63,982 nt of DNA, from the IMG/VR virus record IMGVR_UViG_3300033182_000145, positions 1-63,982 of that record; one strand, 5' to 3'. The notes under the pieces were generated by a model that did not search any database, was not told the origin of the DNA, and saw only the letters and a program-made list of their open reading frames with translations. Both the position numbers and the translations under genes were made by a program. The first letter of the stretch is position 1, and each line of letters opens with the position of its first letter. This document shows, one piece after another, positions 1 through 10,371 of this stretch. This DNA is from a virus (lineage: Duplodnaviria; Caudoviricetes).

Positions 1-141
1 GCCTTAGATGGTGGCAGGATAAAAAGGGACATTATAATGGTATAATTGATGCGGATGCTCGTATACTTCAGAGCAGCAATATTTATATTATGCATAACGT
101 TTTTGAAGCCTATGGATCTGGACGAGTGAAGCAGCAAGAGC
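1..141. repeat. 141-bp exact terminal overlap with 63842-63982 (circular assembly junction)
   Basis: gccttagatggtggcagg...gcagcaagagc occurs at both ends, and a reading frame runs through the junction. Confidence 0.97.
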
Positions 142-1058
142 AGGAGGGCGATCAATTTGTTGATTTACATGACCGAACACCGGGAACAACTGCTTCTGAA
201 ATGGTTCATGATCTTCGTAGTAAGTTTATTGTTTGGGGTAGACACTTAGGTGGAGAGCAGTATGTTCGGGGTAATACTCAAATTACAAATACCGCTGGCG
301 AAACTATTTTAAGAAACGGCGCTTTGGGTTCGGCTGCTGGAAGCCCTACTGATTGGTATAGATCTAATACCGAACACTTGCATATTGTAGAGAACACATT
401 CTATGAGGATAAATTAGATGAAAGACCGGGTGTTATTTTACAGCAATATGCCGCTCACATGATAGGATGGGATTACTCGAGTACTAGTAACTGGGTAAAT
501 AACTCACAAGGATGGCCTAAGGCTATTGCAGGTACTGAATCTAGTTTGGGGGAAATTAATAGATGGAGTGGTAACTGGACTGCGTTTGGTAGTTCTCTTT
601 ATGGCTCTAATCGCGTTACTTGTAAACAGTTTACTAGTGAGTTTAATGTGAGTGGAGTAGATAATGATTCTTATTCATATCGTAAAAACACAGGTCCATT
701 ATCCCATGCTTCTACTTATGGTATTTGGAATAACAAAATTAAACAACTGGGAGATATTATGCCCGTTCATAACTACGGGAATAGTGGTGTTGGCTGGAGT
801 CAAATAGGTAGAGGATTCTTGTTAGCGTGTAGGTTGGGCTGGGGCTTTGCTGGCTTCTGGACGAATCAATCCTTTGGAGCTCCTTATTATATCCTATACC
901 CTCACATGACTACAGGAAATAGAATATTACAAGATGAGCCCTTCTATGGATATTATGGAATGCCGGGACAGACTGGAGATAATCATGGACCTACGATTAC
1001 TGAGATACCGTTCTATCATTTAGAACAGGTCCATCCCAGTGGAAACGGAGCAGATTAA
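3..1058 (+). CDS. C-terminal part of the tail fibre/tailspike that starts at 60361 (wraps across the junction)
   Basis: The frame opened at 60361 reads ...CLRWWQDKKGHYNGIIDADARILQSSNIYIMHNVFEAYGSG..., running directly into the listed ORF 90..1058. Confidence 0.9.
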   Translation, partial: LRWWQDKKGHYNGIIDADARILQSSNIYIMHNVFEAYGSGRVKQQEQEGDQFVDLHDRTPGTTASEMVHDLRSKFIVWGRHLGGEQYVRGNTQITNTAGETILRNGALGSAAGSPTDWYRSNTEHLHIVENTFYEDKLDERPGVILQQYAAHMIGWDYSSTSNWVNNSQGWPKAIAGTESSLGEINRWSGNWTAFGSSLYGSNRVTCKQFTSEFNVSGVDNDSYSYRKNTGPLSHASTYGIWNNKIKQLGDIMPVHNYGNSGVGWSQIGRGFLLACRLGWGFAGFWTNQSFGAPYYILYPHMTTGNRILQDEPFYGYYGMPGQTGDNHGPTITEIPFYHLEQVHPSGNGAD

Positions 1059-1276
1059 TGAATAAAAAGAAACTAGAATTACTAAACGAGTGTCTTTTAG
1101 ATTCTCTTTTGTTAGATTTAAATGATCCTCAGAAGTGTACACCGGGTTTATATCAGGTTATCAGAGGGTATCTTAATGATAATAATGAAGTACTAGACGG
1201 TATTCCAAAGGAAAGTTTAGATATTCTGGAAAACCGATTAACTGATGCAATCCCATTTAAGAAGGAGGCAAGCTAA
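1058..1276 (+). CDS. Terminase small subunit (T7 gp18-like)
   Basis: 72 aa; LLLDLNDPQKCTPGLYQVIRGYLNDN resembles the gp18 core; lies upstream of TerL. Confidence 0.7.
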   Translation: MNKKKLELLNECLLDSLLLDLNDPQKCTPGLYQVIRGYLNDNNEVLDGIPKESLDILENRLTDAIPFKKEAS

Positions 1277-1446
1277 TGCCGTTTGGAGAAGGAACATACG
1301 GAAGCAAGAAAGGTCGTCCTAAGAAGTATAGCACTATGCAGAGAGGTGGAGCTGCGGCTAAGATGGATCCTAAGAGTAAGAGGAGCCAAGCTAAGAGAAA
1401 GAAAGTTGGTCCTACTAAACGTGCTAAGAAGTCTGGGGGATATTAA
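1276..1446 (+). CDS. Small Lys/Arg-rich protein, 56 aa (MPFGEGTYGSKKGRPKK...)
   Basis: Translated by hand (not in ORF track); AAGGAGG RBS; start overlaps the previous stop (TAATG). Confidence 0.8.
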   Translation: MPFGEGTYGSKKGRPKKYSTMQRGGAAAKMDPKSKRSQAKRKKVGPTKRAKKSGGY

Positions 1447-1448
1447 TT

Positions 1449-1739
1449 GTGGCTAAGAAAAAGGGAACTATGAAAGGCCACACAATTAAGGGGGGTCATA
1501 AGCGTCCTACGAAGAAAGGTGCTGGCATGACTAGAAAAGGGATTGCTAAGTACCGTAGGGATAATCCCGGTAGTAAGTTAAAGGGCGCAGTAACGGGGAA
1601 GGTTAAGAAGGGCAGCAAGGCAGCTAAAAGACGTAAGTCTTTTTGCGCCCGTAGTGCTGGTCAGATGAAGAAGTTCCCTAAGGCTGCTAAGGATCCTAAC
1701 TCACGACTGCGGCAGGCTCGAAAAAGATGGAAGTGCTAA
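1449..1739 (+). CDS. Small highly basic phage protein (RRKSFCAR...WKC family, DUF6321-like)
   Basis: 96 aa, very K/R-rich; motifs YRRDNPGSKLK, RRKSFCARS and a C-terminal RWKC. Confidence 0.75.
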   Translation: MAKKKGTMKGHTIKGGHKRPTKKGAGMTRKGIAKYRRDNPGSKLKGAVTGKVKKGSKAAKRRKSFCARSAGQMKKFPKAAKDPNSRLRQARKRWKC

Positions 1740-1741
1740 TC

Positions 1742-1900
1742 ATGGCTAAGAAAAAGAAGAAGGCTAAAAGAGATGCATGTTACCACAAGGTAAAGAATAG
1801 ATATACCAAGTGGCCCTCGGCTTATGCTTCAGGTGCATTAGTTAAGTGCCGTAAAGCTGGTGCTAAAAACTGGGGCAATAAATCAAGGAAGAAAAAGTAA
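1742..1900 (+). CDS. Small basic protein, 52 aa, with WPSAYASG motif (DUF5872-like)
   Basis: Translated by hand: MAKKKKKAKRDACYHKVKNRYTKWPSAYASGALVKCRKAGAKNWGNKSRKKK. Confidence 0.75.
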   Translation: MAKKKKKAKRDACYHKVKNRYTKWPSAYASGALVKCRKAGAKNWGNKSRKKK

Positions 1901-2127
1901 TGGCTAAGAAGAAAGAAGGATTGAAAAAGTGGTTTAGTCGCAATAAGGGTAAGGGCTGGATTGATTGTAAGACTGGCAAACCTTGCGGCAGAAAGTCTGC
2001 TAAGGGTGGGAGTAAAAGACCATACCCAGCATGTAGACCAACCAAAGCTCAGTGTACTTCAGCTTCTAAAAGAAAAACAGGCCCTTCAAGAATTAGTTGG
2101 AAAAAGAAAACGAAAGGGAAAAAGTAA
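1900..2127 (+). CDS. Small basic Cys-containing protein (GLKKWF...CGR...YPACRP)
   Basis: 75 aa; TAATG coupling with both neighbours. Confidence 0.75.
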   Translation: MAKKKEGLKKWFSRNKGKGWIDCKTGKPCGRKSAKGGSKRPYPACRPTKAQCTSASKRKTGPSRISWKKKTKGKK

Positions 2128-2264
2128 TGGCACATTCAAAGTTTAAATGCGCATGTGGTACTACTACCAGACGAACAGAAGGTGATGCCATGAAGTTTGT
2201 TGCTAAGAAGAAAAAGAAGCAGACCACGCCTAACTACAGACCCACAGGAAAGAAGAGCAGATGA
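2127..2264 (+). CDS. Small basic protein, 45 aa (MAHSKFKCACG...)
   Basis: Translated by hand; TAATG coupling upstream and ATGA overlap with TerL. Confidence 0.65.
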   Translation: MAHSKFKCACGTTTRRTEGDAMKFVAKKKKKQTTPNYRPTGKKSR

Positions 2265-3946
2265 ATATTCCCCAAGAAATGGTAGATGATTTTCGTAATC
2301 ATTTATGGGCTTGCTTTAAGTATTTAGGGTTAGGGGAACCTACAGCAGCCCAGTATGCAATGGCTGATGCTCTACAAAACGGACCTACAGATATGCAGCT
2401 ACAGGCTGGGCGTGGGTTTGGTAAGTCTGTTATTACAGCCTGTTTAGCATCGTGGTTCTTGTTGCGAGATCCTAATACTACAATTATGGTTGTTTCTGCA
2501 ACAGGTAATAAAGCCACTGAGTTTATTTCTATGACCAGAAAGATCCTTGATCTTGTTCCGTACTGCGAGCACTTAAGACCGGGAGATCACACTACAGATA
2601 ATGCCTTTGCGTTTAATGTAGAGGCTCGGACTAAGATTGGTCAGGATAAATCTTGCTTTGCTCGTGGTATAACTTCTCAGATTACGGGGTCACACGCTGA
2701 TTTTGTAATCGGTGATGACATTGAGATCGAAGGTAATTGCGAAACTGCTGCTGCAAGAGATAAACTTATGAATAAAGTTGCAGAGTTTGAGCAGATTCGT
2801 AATGTCGGTGGTCGTGTTATCTTTTTAGGTACACCACAAATTAAAGATTCGATTTACAATCAGCTAAAGTCGGGCTATAAAGTAACAAAGTTCCCGGCTG
2901 TTGTTCCTGATAAAGATTCACCAACAGAAATAGAAGATGTAAATGAGTGGGTGTTACAACTTAACGCAGAACCGGGGGATCCTACACAACCTGAAAGATT
3001 TCCAATGGAAGTTTTGATGGAGCGTATGGCTAAGATCGGTCCCAAGTTATTTGCACTGCACTATAAACTTGATACGTCTCTTGCAGACTTTGAGAAGTTC
3101 CCTTTACGTCTTGCAGATTTGATTGTGTTGGATGTTCACCCAGATATGTGTCCCGAAAAGATTGTTTGGTCCAACTCTACACCAATGAAAGGTGTTCCAC
3201 TGTTTGGTTTATCAGGAGATCTCATCTACGAGCCAATGTGGGTGTCGGATAACTACACTAACTATAACCAGACCGTGATGCACATCGATCCCTCGGGTAG
3301 AGGTGAGGACGAAACGGCTGTGTGTATCGCTTCGTTTGCTAATGGGTATGTATTTATCCACGAGCTGATAGGATATCCGGGTGGGTACGAAAAGGGAGTC
3401 CTTAAGAAAATTGCCAAGTTAGCTTATGAGTACAACGTCTCTTTAATCAGAGTCGAGAGTAACTTTGGTGATGCCATGTTCTGCCAATTATTATCTCCTA
3501 TTGTGTTTGATATTTGTGGTAGAGTGGGGATTGAGGATTATCGGGTTAGTGGACGCAAGGAGGCACGGATTATCGCTGCCTTGGAACCCACAATGTCTCA
3601 GCATAGGCTAGTGTTCAATAAAAAGACCATTTGCCAAGAGGAAACCCAGAAACAAATAACCCGAATCTTCGATAAAAGAGGAGCCCTTCCGAGGGATGAC
3701 AGGGTAGATGTCCTGTCGGCTGCCGTATCCTACTGGGAAGACATGCTTTCCAAGGATGTGGACCTGATTATCGCTAAGAATCAGGAGAGAGATAGGAATG
3801 ATTTAGTTAAAACTTGGATGGATGACAAGCGTAGAATGGGCTTATTCAGTAATAAGCTCTCCGGGGCTATAATCAACAGATCCCTGAAGCCTGTCGATCG
3901 GAACAAAACCAAGTGGAATAACCCCAGAGGCGGGAGCTGGTCCTGA
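2261..3946 (+). CDS. terL: Terminase large subunit (T7 gp19-like)
   Basis: Walker A QAGRGFGKS, Walker B VIGDDIE, LGTPQ, nuclease motifs IDPSGRGEDET, ESNFGD and DDRVDVL. Confidence 0.96.
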   Translation: MNIPQEMVDDFRNHLWACFKYLGLGEPTAAQYAMADALQNGPTDMQLQAGRGFGKSVITACLASWFLLRDPNTTIMVVSATGNKATEFISMTRKILDLVPYCEHLRPGDHTTDNAFAFNVEARTKIGQDKSCFARGITSQITGSHADFVIGDDIEIEGNCETAAARDKLMNKVAEFEQIRNVGGRVIFLGTPQIKDSIYNQLKSGYKVTKFPAVVPDKDSPTEIEDVNEWVLQLNAEPGDPTQPERFPMEVLMERMAKIGPKLFALHYKLDTSLADFEKFPLRLADLIVLDVHPDMCPEKIVWSNSTPMKGVPLFGLSGDLIYEPMWVSDNYTNYNQTVMHIDPSGRGEDETAVCIASFANGYVFIHELIGYPGGYEKGVLKKIAKLAYEYNVSLIRVESNFGDAMFCQLLSPIVFDICGRVGIEDYRVSGRKEARIIAALEPTMSQHRLVFNKKTICQEETQKQITRIFDKRGALPRDDRVDVLSAAVSYWEDMLSKDVDLIIAKNQERDRNDLVKTWMDDKRRMGLFSNKLSGAIINRSLKPVDRNKTKWNNPRGGSWS

Positions 3947-4044
3947 GAGGGCCTAGAATCCCCTCTGACAGCGTTTTAGCTAGGGGTATACAGAGGTACT
4001 TATGTTACTTAAAAGTGGCTCAGAAGAGCTAGAGGAGGCTTAGA

Positions 4045-4830
4045 ATGCCAGCAGCATGGATTGGACTAGGAATGGGTGCGCTGAACATGTTTACGGGCAT
4101 GGGTCAGGCTGGAGCATCGTCGCAGCAGGCCGCCTTACAGGCATGGCAGGCTCAGCAGGCTCAGCAGAACCGCCGTTTGCAGTTCGCTCACCAAGAGTTC
4201 CTGAACAGAATGCAGATCCAGCAGAAGAATCGAGAGATTGCTAGAGCAAATGCTACTCGGTGGATCAATAATAAGAATATTGCCCTTGCTGCAAACCAGA
4301 CCAGAGCCGAAGAGGAGTTTTGGTTGGGGTGGAATTTTGATAATGACCTCAATATGATGTCTAAGAAGCATAAGCAGGTCAATGACCAGCTCTTGACTAA
4401 CCTTACCCAGAGAAATATTAATTGGAGAAGTGGTACTGCCCGTCAGTTATTGAGAGCATCCTTAGAAAAGTCCAAGGAAGCCTTTGCTGACCGGAGAATG
4501 TCTCATACCAATGCAATGCGGGGTGCTGAGCGTAAGCAGTTAATGTCTTTATCTAAAAGAGACTTCGGATACAATGCTGCTACTACGTATATTCCGGGCT
4601 TCTTTGCTGATGTGCCTACCGTTGATCCTCAGTCAGCTGGTAGCATGGCCTATCAGACAGGAATGGTAAGTGCTTTAATGGGTGGTATTAGTGCCGGGTT
4701 ACAGGGTGCTGCTCTTGGAGCACAGCTTGGTGATATAAGTAGTGAAATGGGTGGAGTACAGCAAGAAACGTTTCCTTATTCTCCTAGTTACGGATTAAAC
4801 CCCTCATTTGAAGGACCGACCCAACCATGA
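4045..4830 (+). CDS. Internal virion (ejection) protein, gp14-like
   Basis: Gly/Ala-rich hydrophobic termini flanking a Q-rich coiled coil; GAGGAGG RBS; first gene of the internal-protein block. Confidence 0.6.
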   Translation: MPAAWIGLGMGALNMFTGMGQAGASSQQAALQAWQAQQAQQNRRLQFAHQEFLNRMQIQQKNREIARANATRWINNKNIALAANQTRAEEEFWLGWNFDNDLNMMSKKHKQVNDQLLTNLTQRNINWRSGTARQLLRASLEKSKEAFADRRMSHTNAMRGAERKQLMSLSKRDFGYNAATTYIPGFFADVPTVDPQSAGSMAYQTGMVSALMGGISAGLQGAALGAQLGDISSEMGGVQQETFPYSPSYGLNPSFEGPTQP

Positions 4831-5864
4831 CTGACCAATTAAACAAACTTAGAGAAATAATGAGTGGAAATGCCCCTAAGGCTGCCGAGCGTTTAGACCC
4901 TAGAGATGCCGTGGGCTTAGGAGAGATAGAGAAGTCTGAAAGATGGCTTGCGGATAATAAGCATTTACCTAAGTCTGCCCTGTGGTCTGGATGGAAAACA
5001 GAGATCGGAGCTTTTAAAACTATAACTCCTAATAATAAAGATTATTTTTGGGAGACTGAGTTTAAGTTACACCCTAAGGGACCAAAGGCAGCTTTAGCAG
5101 ACTATGAGCGAATGGTTGAAAATAAGCTAGCTACTTTAACAGATGACCGTAAGGAATACTTCTTACGGGATATCGCTAGAGAAGCTCCTCCTAATGTTAC
5201 TAATAATCTGTTAATTAAATTAGGAGTGGTCTCCCAGAAAATCAAAGGCAAGACTGAGGAACGGGCTCGTATTGATAACATCTTAGAGTTTCAGAATATG
5301 GCTCAGGATTTAACTAATCAAATCTTAAGTGGGGAGTTATCCTCTCTTAATCCCGAGGTCTCAATTCATAGCCATGCAGACGATTTATTAAAGATGTACA
5401 TGAGTCATCAATCTCAGTATTTAGTCGACAACGAGGGACGGATTGCAGTTGGTACAGACGAAGGAGTACTGCCTGTTTGGTCTCTACAGTCTCCCGATCT
5501 TCCTTGGGAAGAACAGGCGATTATGTATAATGATTTAACTAATGTTGCTAAGAAGGCTATTGAACCTTTGATTGCTAAGAGTAGACTTGAAGCTGCTGAG
5601 TCTGACTATAAAACAACAAGAGAATTATTTAACAAGGTAAGTACTCTGCCTAGAGAATTCAGATCTAGTATCATTATTGATGGGGCAGTCTCTGATAGAG
5701 ATCCCATGACTTCTACTAGAATGGCTATTGATTCTATTCTCAGTTCAGAAATTGAGAAGAATATTTATCCAAGTCAGCAGTCAATTACCAGAGCGTTTTT
5801 CGCTGAGTGGAAGAACTTGTTTAATACTTTAGAAAAACGTGCATCAGACGGTACTGTAGAATAA
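4827..5864 (+). CDS. Hypothetical protein, probably internal virion
   Basis: 345-aa ORF with ATGA overlap, inside the internal-protein block. Confidence 0.55.
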   Translation: MTDQLNKLREIMSGNAPKAAERLDPRDAVGLGEIEKSERWLADNKHLPKSALWSGWKTEIGAFKTITPNNKDYFWETEFKLHPKGPKAALADYERMVENKLATLTDDRKEYFLRDIAREAPPNVTNNLLIKLGVVSQKIKGKTEERARIDNILEFQNMAQDLTNQILSGELSSLNPEVSIHSHADDLLKMYMSHQSQYLVDNEGRIAVGTDEGVLPVWSLQSPDLPWEEQAIMYNDLTNVAKKAIEPLIAKSRLEAAESDYKTTRELFNKVSTLPREFRSSIIIDGAVSDRDPMTSTRMAIDSILSSEIEKNIYPSQQSITRAFFAEWKNLFNTLEKRASDGTVE

Positions 5865-5874
5865 GGAGTTTAAA

Positions 5875-6339
5875 ATGGCTAAGCAAACAGGAGTAAATCC
5901 TCCGGGTTATATGCCTATAATGCCAGTTGGTACTACTCGAGAGGGAGGATTTCAAGCTGGTAGTTTTGTTATAGATAATATGAACACGGCTCCCTTGATG
6001 CAGTACTACAACAACATTGAGAATATGTGGGCAAACGTAAATACTTTTGGTCAAGATTTATTAGGCACAATCTATAAGTGGAAAGATTATGAATATAAGA
6101 AGTGGAAGGCCAAGCGTAAAGAACGTTTAATTGCTAGTCTTTCTCAAGCAGGAAACATAAAGCGACAAGTAGAGCAAGACCGAATAGATACTGCTTTACA
6201 GGCCGTTGAAGATATTCTACAAACAAGAAGAGAAATAGAATATAAAGCTCCTGTTGCTGAAGATCTTGATTTCGATTTCTTTGATATGATGAGAAAGTTT
6301 GAAGAAGAAGAAGGAGATATTGATGTTAATCCCGCATGA
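5875..6339 (+). CDS. Hypothetical protein, probably internal virion
   Basis: 154 aa; TAAGGAG RBS. Confidence 0.55.
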   Translation: MAKQTGVNPPGYMPIMPVGTTREGGFQAGSFVIDNMNTAPLMQYYNNIENMWANVNTFGQDLLGTIYKWKDYEYKKWKAKRKERLIASLSQAGNIKRQVEQDRIDTALQAVEDILQTRREIEYKAPVAEDLDFDFFDMMRKFEEEEGDIDVNPA

Positions 6340-9300
6340 TGATTCTGTAAATTACTGGTCTAACGTCCTTAGATCAGGCAATCTCCATGCTTACTCAGAT
6401 GAGTTTGGTAATAGTGGTGATTTTCGTTATGTGCCCTTACCTTACGCAAACGAAGGAGAAGACTTTAAACAGCTTCTAGAAATTAGACGACAGAATTCTT
6501 TTGATTACAGTAAACCCTTTAATGAAAAGGGAGAGCTAAATCCAGTAATCCGAGAAGACTTATTATTGTCTTTTCCAGAAACAGCTGTTACTAACTACAT
6601 CAATCAGCGGGGTCATGAATATCCTGAAACTATTTGGCTTCCGAGTTCCAGCCACGGAAGAGAGGCTGAGATTAAAAAACAATTCGGTACTGAGGCTAAT
6701 TATAAAAACTGGCAGAAAGCTAGGTGGCAAAATAGAGGAGAAAAGGGAATACCGGGTACAGGTTTTGTTGAGTCTAATAAGGATGTTGTTTTAATTAATC
6801 AGTGGATTCAAGAACAAAGAAACGGTATTGCTACAAAGGCAAGTGCTAATACTGAGTACGCCGAAGCATTAAACTTTACGGGGTTTATTGCAAGAGCGGA
6901 AGAGTATAGCCGAGGAGAGCTCTTACTTAATAGCTGGCAAACTAGGGATTTTGTGGGTCAGATTTATTTTGACGATGGAGCGTCTACCGCACAAGATATT
7001 CCATTTAAGAATCTCCAGTATGGAGCATTGGGTATGTTTGGACGTAACAGATATATGGAAGAGTTTCAGACAGATGTTCGTCCCAGCCGAAGTGAAATAG
7101 ATGAGAAAGCAGTAAGACAGACGGTTGATGAACTTCTAAAGTATACCGTATCGTTTACAGATCCCAGTGCTATGGAAGCTTTGTTCGGGATAACTGAAGA
7201 GGAAATGATTGCAACTACCATCTTATATGATAAAAATAAAACTTCTGTGTTAGAGATTGAAGAATATCAGGATAGGATCGAAGCATTTAAGGAAACACTG
7301 ATTAACAGAGTTGTGGAAAATAGTCTGCCTACTACTGATTCTATCTTAGATACCTTAAAAACTGAATGGGAAAAACTAGTAGAAACTAACGTAGGAACCC
7401 CTCTTACTTTAAGCGAGGTTAACTCTCCTTGGTGGGACGGAAACCCTTACTATAAGCCCGAGCAAATTATAGGGGAAAATAGTTTCATTGATCAGCCCGA
7501 AGGATATATGGGATCCTTAAACGTTCGTATGCAACGGGAGGTAGAAGATAGAGTAGCCCGTGGTATTGGGTATCCTATGGGAGCAGCGAAAGAAATTTGG
7601 GCTGGACTACAGTCTGGATTCTTCACAACGCTTGGAGGAGCTACTCAGTTACTGACTAAAACAGGAAGTGCTATAGCAGCCGCTATGGCTAAGGCGGGAC
7701 AGTTTGATCCTTCTCAAGAAGAACTTAAGCAGTTAGATACGTTTGTTGAAGAGATTGTAAAGCTTCGGCAAAGGTCTGAAACCCCATTAGACATTATTAA
7801 TAACAGCATTACTGAAGAAGAGTTGTTGGTCTTACAAGCAGAGGCTTATCGAAATGCCCTGATTAAGGGGGAAAAGGATCGAGCCTATGGGCGGTTTGCT
7901 TCCGTGATGAACGCGGTGGGTGGATTAGGGCTGCCTACTGATCGAGAAAGCTATTTGAACGATGAAACTAAAGAAGGTATTATTGCTCAGTTAGATGAGT
8001 TTCTTATGGAACGCACGCAGAAAGTAGCAGGCCTAAGTCAGATATATAGAGATGCTACAACTCCCGTCAATATATATGAGAAGCTTATGATCGATGCTAT
8101 GAACGAATACTCGAATACGAACTTCACCTCGATGAAACAGGTGAATGGTCTTATTAATGATGTATTAAAGAATCCAGATAAATATAACTACGGGGCTCAG
8201 ATGAATATTCTAGGAACTTATAACCTAGCTAATAGAACCTACTCAGAGCTTCTTGTAGAACAGGATAGAAATACAGCTGAAGCTGCTAGACATATGCAAG
8301 CCATAAAAAATAGACAGACTGGAAATGTAGATGAGACTGGCAATACTATTTTTAGATATTTTGATCCCTCTCAAACACAGTCAGTAGGCTTAGTAGAAGG
8401 TGATCCAGATGTAATTAAAAACTTGCAGGAATATGGAAACATCCATAATCAGGAGTTCCAGACTGCGTATAGAGAAGTTTATATTGGAGCTACAGGAGCA
8501 GAGCCAGAATCCATTCCCTCCCTTCAACAGTTTATAGATCCCTTAAATAACCGGGATGTCGATTGGGGTGAGATTGATCCATTTAGTGGTGTTGCTCTTG
8601 CTCAGATGTTAATGCAAACGTCGGCTGGAAAAACAAATGAAACTATTCCTCAGTTACGATCTCTTTCAACGTTTATAGATAGAGGCTTACAAGATCTTCA
8701 AGATCCTGAGGTATTAGCAAACCCCCAAAAATTAGCTATGGCTATTAGGGCGGCAAACTACAGTAATACTTTAGTAGGAAGTATTAGAGGAAATAGAAAT
8801 GCTAATATGATTAAATCCATGAGGAAAATGTTTGGATGGGAAGATGATAGGAAATGGGGTATGTTAAAGATGTTTAATGCCCTTTCTAGAACTAAATTTG
8901 GCCCAAGCTTTTTATCTCAATTAAGTTTAGCAGAATTAGAAAGTCAAAATCCAGAAGAGCGTTTACAAGCTATGGATAGTATACGTACAAATCTAACTGA
9001 CATTAATAAAACATTTGTAAATATTCTCGGTAGTGTGCTATCTGGAGAAAACGTAGGGTCTCTTCCTACAACAGATAATATGACTAGTTTAATAAACCCT
9101 ATGCGAAGTAGGTTACCTGTTAACGTTGTAGATATCAAATCATTTTCGGACAACTATGGTTTTGAAGGTTGGAAAACAAACTTAAGAACTCTAGGTATTT
9201 TAGATTTACCTGAAGACTACGAAGATAACTATGACGAAATACTACTGCAAAGATTTAATGAAATAAATGACGGTAAAGTTTATTTAACTAAAGAGCAACA

Positions 9301-10285
9301 GGAATGGTACAGGGAAAACGATCCTGAAGCAGGAATAATCCATGCTTTAAGCGAAGCTACTCAAAACCAAGAAATTAGAAGACTCTTTAATACATACGCA
9401 GCAGCATTAAGTTATGAAGGAGTCACTGTAACACCTAGAGAAATGATAGATATGTTAGATGCATATGCTAGTTACTCTGGAATTGAGTATGTTGGACAAG
9501 GTATTACAACTGGAGAAGCCTTTACAAATGCTGAATGGGTAGTTGGGGATTTAAATGTAATTGTAGACAAATATAAACCTATAGGTAGATCTGTTTTATC
9601 CCCAGAGTTTGAAAGTATGTCTACTAAAGATCAAGCTTTAGAGTTATTTTCTAACTACAGAGGAGGACTTACAGATACATTTAACTGGAAAAATGTAGAG
9701 AGTTTACTTTCGTGGATAGATACTGAAGAAACCAGAAATATTTTAGATGTTAATTTTGACATAAATAATTCTTGGTGGAAACGTATCGCTAGTAGTAATC
9801 AAATAACTGAAGAAACATTAGGTAATTCTATTTCTTCAGTAATAACCGAAGTGATTCGAGATTACTCAGGGATAAAAATGACTGAATATTTAGAGGGAGT
9901 TGAGGATGTACATAGGGTTGTAGAATATTCTCCCACCTTATTAGATATTCATTTAGAAATTATAAGAAGACTCGTTGACAAAAACGGACCGTTTAAGTAT
10001 AATATTGAAGGGTTATCTGGAGTAACCCTAGCAAGTGAAGCTTTTGCACAAGAAGAAGGGTTTAATTATTACAAATACCCAGATTCTTCTTTAGAGTATT
10101 CTGTTTTTGAAACTGGAAAGGTTTCAGGAGAATCTCTTAGTTATTCACAAGTGCCTTTAACATTACGAAATACACAAACCTCAATTAATTTACCGTGGAA
10201 ATTAGATTCTTCATTGTGGAATCCAACCAAAGAAATAACTGAGATGAGATCGTATAGTCGAGGATATGGAAACCTTTATGAATAA
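6323..10285 (+). CDS. Large internal virion protein (gp15 position), ~1320 aa
   Basis: Long ORF; start moved to ATG 6323 behind AAGGAG; precedes the giant protein. Assignment is positional. Confidence 0.6.
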   Translation: MLIPHDDSVNYWSNVLRSGNLHAYSDEFGNSGDFRYVPLPYANEGEDFKQLLEIRRQNSFDYSKPFNEKGELNPVIREDLLLSFPETAVTNYINQRGHEYPETIWLPSSSHGREAEIKKQFGTEANYKNWQKARWQNRGEKGIPGTGFVESNKDVVLINQWIQEQRNGIATKASANTEYAEALNFTGFIARAEEYSRGELLLNSWQTRDFVGQIYFDDGASTAQDIPFKNLQYGALGMFGRNRYMEEFQTDVRPSRSEIDEKAVRQTVDELLKYTVSFTDPSAMEALFGITEEEMIATTILYDKNKTSVLEIEEYQDRIEAFKETLINRVVENSLPTTDSILDTLKTEWEKLVETNVGTPLTLSEVNSPWWDGNPYYKPEQIIGENSFIDQPEGYMGSLNVRMQREVEDRVARGIGYPMGAAKEIWAGLQSGFFTTLGGATQLLTKTGSAIAAAMAKAGQFDPSQEELKQLDTFVEEIVKLRQRSETPLDIINNSITEEELLVLQAEAYRNALIKGEKDRAYGRFASVMNAVGGLGLPTDRESYLNDETKEGIIAQLDEFLMERTQKVAGLSQIYRDATTPVNIYEKLMIDAMNEYSNTNFTSMKQVNGLINDVLKNPDKYNYGAQMNILGTYNLANRTYSELLVEQDRNTAEAARHMQAIKNRQTGNVDETGNTIFRYFDPSQTQSVGLVEGDPDVIKNLQEYGNIHNQEFQTAYREVYIGATGAEPESIPSLQQFIDPLNNRDVDWGEIDPFSGVALAQMLMQTSAGKTNETIPQLRSLSTFIDRGLQDLQDPEVLANPQKLAMAIRAANYSNTLVGSIRGNRNANMIKSMRKMFGWEDDRKWGMLKMFNALSRTKFGPSFLSQLSLAELESQNPEERLQAMDSIRTNLTDINKTFVNILGSVLSGENVGSLPTTDNMTSLINPMRSRLPVNVVDIKSFSDNYGFEGWKTNLRTLGILDLPEDYEDNYDEILLQRFNEINDGKVYLTKEQQEWYRENDPEAGIIHALSEATQNQEIRRLFNTYAAALSYEGVTVTPREMIDMLDAYASYSGIEYVGQGITTGEAFTNAEWVVGDLNVIVDKYKPIGRSVLSPEFESMSTKDQALELFSNYRGGLTDTFNWKNVESLLSWIDTEETRNILDVNFDINNSWWKRIASSNQITEETLGNSISSVITEVIRDYSGIKMTEYLEGVEDVHRVVEYSPTLLDIHLEIIRRLVDKNGPFKYNIEGLSGVTLASEAFAQEEGFNYYKYPDSSLEYSVFETGKVSGESLSYSQVPLTLRNTQTSINLPWKLDSSLWNPTKEITEMRSYSRGYGNLYE

Positions 10286-10371
10286 ATCCTGAAATAGAAA
10301 GAAGACAGAATCCAGATACTTAAGCAATGTTTGAGCAAATGCTCGAGCAATAAACTAGGAGGAAAACCTTA

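Noticed and set aside
6299-6339. Programmed frameshift fusing the 154-aa and ~1320-aa ORFs at the (GAA)n run
   Set aside because: AAGGAG plus ATG 6323 explains independent initiation; no canonical slippery heptamer was seen.
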